From the IMG/VR virus record IMGVR_UViG_3300021373_003070: a stretch of 64,000 bases of DNA. One strand, 5' to 3'. Both the position numbers and the translations under genes were made by a program. Source of the DNA: a virus. Positions 1 to 7,346 of this stretch are shown piece by piece; position 1 is the first letter of the stretch; each line of letters starts with the position of its first letter. Under the pieces are notes generated by a model, which ran no database searches, was not told the DNA's origin, and was given only the letters and a program-made list of their open reading frames with translations.

Positions 1-5
1 TGAGT

Positions 6-245
6 ATGACACTAACATTAAGTGAACCCGAAGATTTTACAGGCGGTGAGTTCATGATCGAGGATCACTTTCGTGGCGGTCCGAATGAGTATTGGCATCG
101 AATCAAAAATGTAACAGCATTGCATGCGCTGCCTCGAGGCAGTATTATTGCATTCCCATCATATGCTTGGCATCAGGTCAAACCTGTAAAGTCAGGTGAA
201 CGTAAATCACTAGTCGGTTGGTTCTTAGGTCCGGAGTGGAAATGA
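6..245 (+). CDS. 2OG-Fe(II) oxygenase (PKHD/prolyl-hydroxylase-like), C-terminal part; probably begins before the window
   Basis: LSEPEDFTGGEF...IIAFPSYAWHQVKPVKSGERKSLVGW contains the distal His and 2OG-binding Arg of the fold. Confidence 0.85.
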   Translation: MTLTLSEPEDFTGGEFMIEDHFRGGPNEYWHRIKNVTALHALPRGSIIAFPSYAWHQVKPVKSGERKSLVGWFLGPEWK

Positions 246-466
246 GTTGGTTAGAAAAAATACGTAACAGAGTAGTTGGTGAGTTGGAACGTCCTGTCGA
301 AGACAATCCACTCGACAAAGCAATCGTTGAGAACGGTGATCATCCCGAAGTCAACAAGGTGTATCAGGCCAGATGGGTCTGGTATCACACTATCCTCGCA
401 GTGGAGATCTTCTTCACTAACATCCTACTTATAGGCATTTTTGTCCTGCTTGCAGTCAAGTTGTGA
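242..466 (+). CDS. small hypothetical membrane protein
   Basis: ATG overlaps the upstream TGA (ATGA); C-terminal hydrophobic helix ILAVEIFFTNILLIGIFVLLAV. Confidence 0.7.
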   Translation: MSWLEKIRNRVVGELERPVEDNPLDKAIVENGDHPEVNKVYQARWVWYHTILAVEIFFTNILLIGIFVLLAVKL

Positions 467-543
467 GTTATACGAAAAAGTTATAAGCATATTACAAAAT
501 AATCTAAAAAAAGTTTAAAAAAGTCGCAATAAAAGTCTAACAA

Positions 544-592
544 AATCAATAAGTTACAGCTCTTTAAAAAGTCTTTATAAATCAAAGACTTA
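544..592 (+). promoter_or_regulatory. two IHF-consensus-like sites (WATCAANNNNTTR) at 544-556 and 580-592
   Basis: AATCAATAAGTTA and AATCAAAGACTTA in an AT-rich intergenic region just upstream of a promoter. Confidence 0.5.
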
Positions 593-595
593 GAG

Positions 596-625
596 TTGTA
601 CATTCTCGTGCCTGCTTGATATAAT
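596..625 (+). promoter_or_regulatory. early sigma70-type promoter P1
   Basis: TTGTAC-N18-TATAAT; same architecture recurs at 1169 and 3285. Confidence 0.75.
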
Positions 626-657
626 TCTTCTTGTCAAATGGGAAAAGAGAGAAAAAG

Positions 658-918
658 ATGATCAACTACCTTACTAAAAAAGCTTACTCTGGCAAGAATG
701 CAGCTATCTTGGCTGAGTACGAATCAGCTGGTTTCCTGACTTATATGCAAGCGAAGTCAATTGGACGTGCATGCACCAAGGGTGAAGGTATCCAGTTGAT
801 GCGTGTTGTTACCAAGAAGATCAAAGACGAGATCACTGGCGAAGTAAAGTTTAAGAAAGTTCCAAAGCGTTTTTGGGTTTTCCCTATCGAATCAACTGTA
901 GAAATGGAGGTAGCGTAA
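658..918 (+). CDS. ArdC N-terminal-like (DUF1738) ssDNA-binding / anti-restriction-like protein
   Basis: N..TKKAYSGKN..IL...FLTYMQA..IG....KGE...FWVF pattern matches ArdC-N; first gene after P1. Confidence 0.6.
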   Translation: MINYLTKKAYSGKNAAILAEYESAGFLTYMQAKSIGRACTKGEGIQLMRVVTKKIKDEITGEVKFKKVPKRFWVFPIESTVEMEVA

Positions 919-1133
919 TGTTAGTTAGATTGCCTGAGTATGATGGTCAGCGTTGTGATTACACTGGCATGCCTATGGGCATGGCTGTTGGTGCTTTCGC
1001 ACGCGGTGCGACTGGTCGTGTATGTCTTGTCTTGGCATTCGATGCCGATGAGGCACCTAACAAGAACTGGGTCACCCTCAAAGAGGTCGCTGAGTGGGCC
1101 GAGTCTGTTCCCGGCGGTTACCTAGACTTCTAG
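918..1133 (+). CDS. hypothetical protein
   Basis: GGAGG SD; TAATG overlap with previous stop. Confidence 0.65.
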   Translation: MLVRLPEYDGQRCDYTGMPMGMAVGAFARGATGRVCLVLAFDADEAPNKNWVTLKEVAEWAESVPGGYLDF

Positions 1134-1168
1134 GTAATAAGCTTATAACAAAAAAGTCTAAGAAAAAC

Positions 1169-1198
1169 CTGTACAATGTACTCAAGTTGCTGTAGAAT
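1169..1198 (+). promoter_or_regulatory. early sigma70-type promoter P2
   Basis: CTGTAC-N18-TAGAAT followed by GTCAAATGG as in P1. Confidence 0.7.
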
Positions 1199-1223
1199 AG
1201 ACACGTCAAATGGAGAAAAGCTC

Positions 1224-1376
1224 ATGTCAGTAATGAAAGATTATGCAAAAAAGCCAGTTCGCACACGCGACATCGTCAGCATCAAAGATATCATCGCAGG
1301 TGGCATCGCTACCATCATGATGGGTGCAGTACTTGGTTTACTTATCGGCTACGGCCTTCTTTACACAGGAGTATAA
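1224..1376 (+). CDS. small hypothetical membrane protein
   Basis: GGAG SD; C-terminal TM helix IIAGGIATIMMGAVLGLLIGYGLLY. Confidence 0.6.
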   Translation: MSVMKDYAKKPVRTRDIVSIKDIIAGGIATIMMGAVLGLLIGYGLLYTGV

Positions 1377-1378
1377 GC

Positions 1379-1663
1379 ATGAATTTCACTAGTCTTCAAG
1401 GTCACATCCCAGCAACGTTCGAGCAGTTGGTCGAAGTATTCGGCGAGCCTACGTACATGGATCCAAGCGAAGATGGTAAGGTCAACACTGAGTGGGAACT
1501 CACTGGTTTTGATCTCTTCGGCGAGCCAATGCCTGTCACCATCTACGATTGGAAAGAGTATGATGGTGGCGAGCGTTCACGCAGTGGTCAAAAATATGAG
1601 TGGCACATCGGTGGCACTAATCGATTTGCAGTTAATTACGTAATGGAGAAGTTGAATGGTTGA
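1379..1663 (+). CDS. conserved phage hypothetical protein
   Basis: AGGAG SD; TSLQG..TF.QLVEVFGEP..DGKV..EW..TIYDWK..WHIGG pattern familiar from phage early proteins. Confidence 0.75.
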   Translation: MNFTSLQGHIPATFEQLVEVFGEPTYMDPSEDGKVNTEWELTGFDLFGEPMPVTIYDWKEYDGGERSRSGQKYEWHIGGTNRFAVNYVMEKLNG

Positions 1664-1958
1664 TATGCCTAACCTCGAGTCGAAGCTCAAGGCTCACGAC
1701 TGGTTCTATCACATGTCTGACGATCATCGTGCATACACACGTGGTCGTACTCAAAGCGCCGAGATCAACAATCTAATGGAGATTGCTCGAGTTGCTGGTG
1801 ATGGTGCTGCTGCGGCTGAGTTGTATAATCAGTACAACCCAAATGCACAAGAGTCAGCATTCAGATTTGCTGACAAAGTCTGTCACATGTACCTCGACGT
1901 AGATGGTACATATTCAGTTAGTTGGTTAACGAGGGAAGATTATGAAGCGCAGAACTAA
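1656..1958 (+). CDS. phage hypothetical protein
   Basis: LKAHDWFYHMSDDHRAY motif; overlaps neighbours in operon fashion. Confidence 0.7.
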   Translation: MVDMPNLESKLKAHDWFYHMSDDHRAYTRGRTQSAEINNLMEIARVAGDGAAAAELYNQYNPNAQESAFRFADKVCHMYLDVDGTYSVSWLTREDYEAQN

Positions 1959-2301
1959 AGAAAAGTTAGAGACTATGGAAGATTCCTTCGCACCAGATTT
2001 CAAGCAAGAATCTATGATCATGCAGCTACGCAAGGTAGTTGACTCAATCGGTAATCCGAAGCCTCTTCACTGGGTTCGTACCGACAATGGTCGTAACATC
2101 TGGGTAGCTCACAAGCATGCAGTCAAGATTGTAGACCTCTACGATCGCCTGACATCACGTGAAGCCAAGTCATCGTACGTCGACAATCGTATCGATCCTG
2201 TTGTCAATGCTCAGATGACACGAGCAAAGCGTCAGCTCACTGATGCACTGCAAACCACCGAAGGTCTGCAAAATCTCATCAAAGAGTTGCGCAATCAATG
2301 A
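1942..2301 (+). CDS. hypothetical protein
   Basis: GAGG SD, operon-style overlaps. Confidence 0.7.
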   Translation: MKRRTKEKLETMEDSFAPDFKQESMIMQLRKVVDSIGNPKPLHWVRTDNGRNIWVAHKHAVKIVDLYDRLTSREAKSSYVDNRIDPVVNAQMTRAKRQLTDALQTTEGLQNLIKELRNQ

Positions 2302-3059
2302 TTCTATTCGGGTCGTATGACCTTGATATCATCGAGGAGTGTAATCTGCACTGCGCAGGTTGCACCTCTCTCGACTATCTTGGTTATGATAGACCGGGCA
2401 AGGTAACGATCTCATCGATGACCGTTGCCATGTTGGAAGAGTTATTGTTAAAGATAGGCAGACATGTTACGAAGATCGAAGAGTTGTCTCTTGTTGGTGG
2501 TGAACCGACATTGCATCCACGATTCGAGGATATCATCGACACACTGCGTGAATCTGGCCTCGTAGGTAAGATAAATGTAGTGACGAATGGTACCAACTTC
2601 ACACCTGAGATCATTGAGATACTGAAGAAGGTAGATTGTGTACAGATCTCAGATTACATGCGAGCTGCAGACGGCGATACGATATTCGAAACAATCGACG
2701 ATATGCCATTCGACTATAATATATGGCATCGCAGTGAGTTTCATCGTATAGGCGAGTGTGAACCAATGTCACCACAGGAGAATTGGAATGCATGCTTTAT
2801 GAAAGACTACTGTCGTGTGATTACGATGGATGGCCTAGCCAGATGTAGAGTATGCTCCAACGAACAAATTCACATTGCACCATGGCATGACGAGGCTGCA
2901 CTGACTGAGACGATTAGCCGACATGAGGCATATGATCGTTGCGGTACATGCGGTACACCAGCATCAGCAGAGCACTATGAATGGAGCTCACTGAAGCCAG
3001 AAATCGATGCGAAGAACTATAAACGTGGTATTGAACTGATAAAGGCAGTAACATTATGA
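2298..3059 (+). CDS. radical SAM protein with Cys-rich C-terminal (twitch/SPASM-like) extension
   Basis: CNLHCAGC (CxxxCxxC), GGEPTLHP, VTNG; C-terminal C..C...CRVC...CGTC. Confidence 0.9.
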   Translation: MILFGSYDLDIIEECNLHCAGCTSLDYLGYDRPGKVTISSMTVAMLEELLLKIGRHVTKIEELSLVGGEPTLHPRFEDIIDTLRESGLVGKINVVTNGTNFTPEIIEILKKVDCVQISDYMRAADGDTIFETIDDMPFDYNIWHRSEFHRIGECEPMSPQENWNACFMKDYCRVITMDGLARCRVCSNEQIHIAPWHDEAALTETISRHEAYDRCGTCGTPASAEHYEWSSLKPEIDAKNYKRGIELIKAVTL

Positions 3060-3268
3060 AGATTTTGAAAGAGATTACAGAGTGGGACAAATGCGAGTAC
3101 AATGTACCGAACCACACGTATGCCATCAATGATGGTGGCAAGATGGTTGCCTATCGTAAGACAGGTACCAAGGACTGGATGCGGTTTGCAAAGCCTCGAT
3201 TCTTTGATCGATCGCGCCGTAAGTTCATTACACTGGCTAAAGATGTCGGTGACGAATATTTTTCGTAA
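3056..3268 (+). CDS. phage hypothetical protein
   Basis: ATG overlaps upstream stop; EITEW..PNHTY..F.K...FDRSRRKF pattern. Confidence 0.7.
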   Translation: MKILKEITEWDKCEYNVPNHTYAINDGGKMVAYRKTGTKDWMRFAKPRFFDRSRRKFITLAKDVGDEYFS

Positions 3269-3284
3269 AAATGTTAATATTAAC

Positions 3285-3314
3285 ATGTACAAGCAAATCA
3301 TTTCTTAGTAGAAT
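3285..3314 (+). promoter_or_regulatory. early sigma70-type promoter P3
   Basis: ATGTAC-N18-TAGAAT followed by CTTGTAAATTGGAAAA (cf. P1 CTTGTCAAATGGGAAAA). Confidence 0.7.
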
Positions 3315-3361
3315 AGAGCTTGTAAATTGGAAAACACACATCACATACAGGAAGATATATT

Positions 3362-4369
3362 ATGTCGCATGAAGTAGAAATGATCAACGGTCAAGCACAA
3401 ATGGCATTCGTAGGCGAAACACCATGGCACGGCCTAGGCGTACGAGTCGAAGGTGACCTCACTCCACAAGAAATTCAGAAAGCTGCCGGTCTCGACTGGT
3501 CAGTATCAAAAGAACCTATCTTTGCTGCAATGGAAGGCGAGGACCTCATCGAGGTACCCGGTAAGAAAGCATTGATTCGTTCATCAGACAACAGTGTCCT
3601 CGATGTAGTTGGCGATCAGTGGATTCCAGTACAGAACGACGACGCGTTTAACTTTTTTGACGATTATGTCAAAACTGGTGGCATGGAAATGCACACAGCA
3701 GGTTCGCTCAAGGATGGTCGTATCGTATGGGCATTGGCGAAGGTCAACGAGACTTTCACATTGTTTGGCGGTAAGGACCAAGTTGAGTCTTATCTACTCC
3801 TCTCTAATCCTCATAACTATGGTCGCGGTGTTGACGTTCGCTTCACACCCACCCGTGTGGTGTGCAATAACACCCTATCAATGGCCTTGTCAGGCAAGGC
3901 ATCTCTTGGAATCTCTTTGAATCACCGGCAAGAATTTAATGCCGAGAAAGTACGCGAAGCTCTCGCGCAAGCATCTGAGCAGATGAATCAATATGCTCAA
4001 GCTGCTGAGTTCCTCGGTTCAAAGAGATTCAATCAAGATAAGTTGACTGAGTACTTCTCACGTGTCTTCCCGAAGACGACTGGCAAGGACAAGGGTATCA
4101 ACTTCGAAGAGCTGATGGCTAACATCAAGTCAGGTAAGAACATTCTATCACGGAATGCAACGACTGCTCTTGAGGTCATTGACACACAGCCCGGTGCAAA
4201 TCTCGGTGCTGGTACATGGTGGTCTGCATACAATGCTGTCACCTACATGACAAACCACACGCTTGGCAACAATGCTGATACACGATTGCAGTCAGCTTGG
4301 TTCGGTCATAACAAAAACACCAACATCGAGGCTCTCGGTCTCGCAGTTGAATACGCAGAGGCTGCTTAA
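3362..4369 (+). CDS. DUF932 family phage/plasmid protein (TIGR03299-like)
   Basis: ETPWHGLG..AGLDWSV..PVQN..F.FF..TAGSL..G..VWALA..YLLLSNPH..TPTRVVCNNTL..H..GTWWSAYNAVT. Confidence 0.9.
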   Translation: MSHEVEMINGQAQMAFVGETPWHGLGVRVEGDLTPQEIQKAAGLDWSVSKEPIFAAMEGEDLIEVPGKKALIRSSDNSVLDVVGDQWIPVQNDDAFNFFDDYVKTGGMEMHTAGSLKDGRIVWALAKVNETFTLFGGKDQVESYLLLSNPHNYGRGVDVRFTPTRVVCNNTLSMALSGKASLGISLNHRQEFNAEKVREALAQASEQMNQYAQAAEFLGSKRFNQDKLTEYFSRVFPKTTGKDKGINFEELMANIKSGKNILSRNATTALEVIDTQPGANLGAGTWWSAYNAVTYMTNHTLGNNADTRLQSAWFGHNKNTNIEALGLAVEYAEAA

Positions 4370-4376
4370 GCAGCCT

Positions 4377-4384
4377 TATAAATA
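4377..4384 (+). promoter_or_regulatory. T4-type late promoter
   Basis: TATAAATA in intergenic position. Confidence 0.75.
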
Positions 4385-4412
4385 TAGTTACACTAACACA
4401 CAGGAGACTATA

Positions 4413-4670
4413 ATGGAATACCTCGTAGCAGGTCTTATTATTGTCGGCGTTCTATATTACGCCTTTAGCAGCAGAACCAACCTACCTGACCTCACTGAGA
4501 CTGACGCACCAGTCGAGAAACCAGAGCCAGCACCAGAACCAGCTGCTCCTGATTTGGCTTCGATGACGAAGGTTCAGATCGACGAACTAGCATTGAGTCA
4601 AGGCATCAAGCTAGACCGACGTCGCACCAAAGCACGGATGATCGAACAATATATCGAATTGACTCGATAA
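4413..4670 (+). CDS. small membrane-anchored protein with Pro-rich linker and C-terminal helix-extension-helix (Rho-N/HeH-like) motif
   Basis: AGGAG SD; N-terminal TM; PEPAPEPAAP; LASMTKVQIDELA..GIKLDRRRTKARMI. Confidence 0.65.
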   Translation: MEYLVAGLIIVGVLYYAFSSRTNLPDLTETDAPVEKPEPAPEPAAPDLASMTKVQIDELALSQGIKLDRRRTKARMIEQYIELTR

Positions 4671-4903
4671 TGCAATCTATTGATGATTCGCAGGGTATCA
4701 AAGAAGTCCTGCAAGAAATCGAGAAACTGACTCGTGATGGCTCTGATTATTTAGATGCCATCCTTCACTATTGTGAGAAGCATGATATTGAAATCGAGTC
4801 GATTGCTCGATACATTAAGAAAAACGTGGTCCTCAAGGCTCGACTACAGGAAGAGGCTGAGGAATTAAATTATTTGCAAAAAACATCAAGGCTACCGATT
4901 TGA
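4670..4903 (+). CDS. gp33: late promoter transcription co-activator gp33
   Basis: YLDAILHYCEKHDIEIES..LKARLQEEAEELNYL..LPI; 33-59-32 synteny. Confidence 0.85.
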   Translation: MQSIDDSQGIKEVLQEIEKLTRDGSDYLDAILHYCEKHDIEIESIARYIKKNVVLKARLQEEAEELNYLQKTSRLPI

Positions 4904-5481
4904 TTTATATGGATGCATACGATGCTTACAAAAAGTTTCTTGCCATCAAATTACATTTCTCAAATCCGAAATACGATTACTTCAAATACCGTGGTCAGGT
5001 AAGAGTAACACGTGATTCGTTCGAGACTCGTAATGACAAGTACCACTTTCATAAGCTAAGCAAGAAACAAGATTTAGAATTATTCCTCGCATGTAATATA
5101 CGAGAGAATGGAGACATGTGGGTAGGTAAGTTGTTTGATGATGAATGTGTCAAACATTTTGTCAACACACAGAAAAAGCTCCAATCACTCGAGTACATGT
5201 TTAAGAATGATATGTCTCAGTTTGATTCACTCAATGAGGCATTCGTCGTCAGTAATGGTGACTATCCTAAAATACTCAACATGTACAATCGCGGGGAGAT
5301 TATGACCGAAACAATGGTCATACTGAATGCTACATGTCGTGTGTTTGATTATTGGGATACCACAATCTCTGACACAATTATATGGCCGAAGACTCGACAA
5401 CGACTCTTAAAATATACGGGCTTCATGAATTTTGACGTAGACAAATACAATGATTTGTTAAAGGATTTATATGATACATAA
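4900..5481 (+). CDS. gp59: helicase loader gp59 (start could be ATG 4909)
   Basis: AYKKFLAIKLHF..YDYFKYRG..FETRNDKYHFHKL; synteny. Confidence 0.9.
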   Translation: MIYMDAYDAYKKFLAIKLHFSNPKYDYFKYRGQVRVTRDSFETRNDKYHFHKLSKKQDLELFLACNIRENGDMWVGKLFDDECVKHFVNTQKKLQSLEYMFKNDMSQFDSLNEAFVVSNGDYPKILNMYNRGEIMTETMVILNATCRVFDYWDTTISDTIIWPKTRQRLLKYTGFMNFDVDKYNDLLKDLYDT

Positions 5482-6004
5482 ACAAGTGCCTTTCGTTGTC
5501 TTCAATACTCGTGTAAGAGATGAGTCACTTGGAGGCGACAATCCATATCGATGGCAAGATATGACCACAGACGATTACTTCGCAGGCAAGCGAGTGATCG
5601 TATTCAGTTTACCCGGTGCATTCACACCAACCTGTTCAACCTACCAGTTACCTGACTTCGAGGCAATGTTTCCACGATTTCAAGAACTCGGTATCGATGC
5701 AATCTACTGTATCAGTGTCAACGACACATTCGTGATGAATGCATGGGCAAGAGATCAAGGCTTAGAAAACGTACAAGTCATACCTGATGGCTCAGGTGAG
5801 TTCACTCGTATGATGGGTATGCTTGTCAAGAAAGACAATCTAGGTTTTGGTATGCGATCATGGCGTTATGCAATGCTCGTAGACAATGGCGATATCGAAA
5901 CGACGTGGGTAGAACCGGGTCGTGAAGATAATGCCGTCGGCGATCCCTATGGTATGACTTCACCTCAAAATATATTGGAGACGATCGTAGAACCATGGGA
6001 GTAA
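5471..6004 (+). CDS. peroxiredoxin (Prx5/redoxin type)
   Basis: VFSLPGAFTPTCS, SVNDTFVMNAW, PDGSGEFT, GFGMRSWRYAM. Confidence 0.92.
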   Translation: MIHKQVPFVVFNTRVRDESLGGDNPYRWQDMTTDDYFAGKRVIVFSLPGAFTPTCSTYQLPDFEAMFPRFQELGIDAIYCISVNDTFVMNAWARDQGLENVQVIPDGSGEFTRMMGMLVKKDNLGFGMRSWRYAMLVDNGDIETTWVEPGREDNAVGDPYGMTSPQNILETIVEPWE

Positions 6005-6033
6005 TTATTGACACACAAAAAAGGAACACACAC

Positions 6034-6303
6034 ATGTCCACAACAACACCTTACGAATTAAGATTTAAAGTTCTCGAAATGGCACGTGATCTATGCATGG
6101 ATGAATTCAATATGAAGTCACATGCTTTTCATGATCTACAAAGTCGACTTGAAGAAAAGCTTGATGGTCCGATTGGTGAGAACACAGCTCTCGTTATACG
6201 AGATATGATCGATGATTTGGTTGAGGCTACACCCTCGATGCCAAAGACTGAACAGATCAACGCCAAAGCGAAGGAACTCTACGAATTTGTATCCACGAAG
6301 TGA
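6034..6303 (+). CDS. conserved T4-like phage hypothetical protein
   Basis: AGGA SD; TPYELRFKVLEMARD...P..EQI..KAKELYEFVS. Confidence 0.75.
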   Translation: MSTTTPYELRFKVLEMARDLCMDEFNMKSHAFHDLQSRLEEKLDGPIGENTALVIRDMIDDLVEATPSMPKTEQINAKAKELYEFVSTK

Positions 6304-6405
6304 TATAAATACCTGTACAGCAGGCTCGTCTTGCTGTACAATAAACTGTTACATAATGAATACTGTGAATAAACTGCTCATACACTGCAATACAAGGAAA
6401 TACAT
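6304..6405 (+). promoter_or_regulatory. gene 32 leader: late promoter, hairpin and A-rich repeat tract (putative autogenous operator)
   Basis: TATAAATA 6304-6311; stem TGTACAGCAGG/CTTGCTGTACA 6314-6340; repeated AATAAACTG/AATACTG-like units before the SD. Confidence 0.6.
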
Positions 6406-7320
6406 ATGAACGATTTTGCATCCCTCAAATCCTCACGTAAGTCGCAATTCGATAAGCTCTCAGCAGCAGCCGAGAAAGTCAGCGGCAATCAACAACAGAA
6501 CAATGGACCAGATGAACGATTCTGGAAGCCAACAGTCGATAAGGCTGGCAATGGTTCTGCTATCATTCGATTCCTACCTGCACCAGCCGGTGAAGACGTA
6601 CCATTCGTCCGATACTGGGATCACGGCTTTCAAGGGCCCGGTGGTTGGTACATCGAGAAGTCATTAACATCCATCGGTCTCGATGATCCTGTTGGTGAGT
6701 TCAACTCAAAGCTTTGGAACTCTGGTCTTGAATCAGACAAAGAGATTGCTCGTAAGCAGAAGCGTCGTCTTCACTACGTCAGCAATATTCTTGTCGTCTC
6801 TGATCCAGCCGCACCTCACAATGAAGGTAAGGTGTTCCTCTATGAGTATGGTAAGAAGATCTTTGATAAGATCAATGACCTCATGCATCCTGCATTCGAA
6901 GACGAAGATGCTGTAAATCCATTCGACTTCTGGGAAGGTGCTAACTTCCGTCTACGCATTCGCAAGGTGGAAGGCTATCGAAACTACGACAAGTCAGCAT
7001 TCGATTCTCCGACTGCTGTGTCAAATGATGATTCAGAACTCGAAGCGATTTGGAAACGTCAGTATGGTCTTGCCGAACAGGTAGATCCTAAGCAATTCAA
7101 GTCATACGAAGAACTTCAACAGAAGTTGAATCGTGTACTTGGTGGACAGGCTCCTCAAGGTATGGCCGAGGATGTACCATCAGCCGCGCCACAATCGGCG
7201 CCAGCATGGGAACCTCCTGTTGACGACGTAGTTGCAGATGCTCCGGCTGTTGCTCCGGCTCCAACATTTGAAGATGATGATGACTCGCTAGACTTCTTTA
7301 AGAAACTCGCAGCGGAATAG
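6406..7320 (+). CDS. gp32: single-stranded DNA-binding protein gp32
   Basis: DERFWKPTVDKAGNGSAIIRFLP..HGFQGPGGWYIEKSLT..NPFDFWEGANF; acidic tail DDDDSLDFFKKLA. Confidence 0.97.
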   Translation: MNDFASLKSSRKSQFDKLSAAAEKVSGNQQQNNGPDERFWKPTVDKAGNGSAIIRFLPAPAGEDVPFVRYWDHGFQGPGGWYIEKSLTSIGLDDPVGEFNSKLWNSGLESDKEIARKQKRRLHYVSNILVVSDPAAPHNEGKVFLYEYGKKIFDKINDLMHPAFEDEDAVNPFDFWEGANFRLRIRKVEGYRNYDKSAFDSPTAVSNDDSELEAIWKRQYGLAEQVDPKQFKSYEELQQKLNRVLGGQAPQGMAEDVPSAAPQSAPAWEPPVDDVVADAPAVAPAPTFEDDDDSLDFFKKLAAE

Positions 7321-7323
7321 AGG

Positions 7324-7346
7324 AAAGGGGCTTCGGCCCCTTTTTT
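7324..7346. terminator. intrinsic terminator with UUCG loop, between convergent genes (probably bidirectional)
   Basis: AAAGGGGC-TTCG-GCCCCTTTTTT. Confidence 0.9.

Noticed and set aside
6212-6409. 65-aa ORF spanning the gene 32 leader
   Set aside because: Weak start, overlaps a better ORF and covers the promoter/hairpin region.
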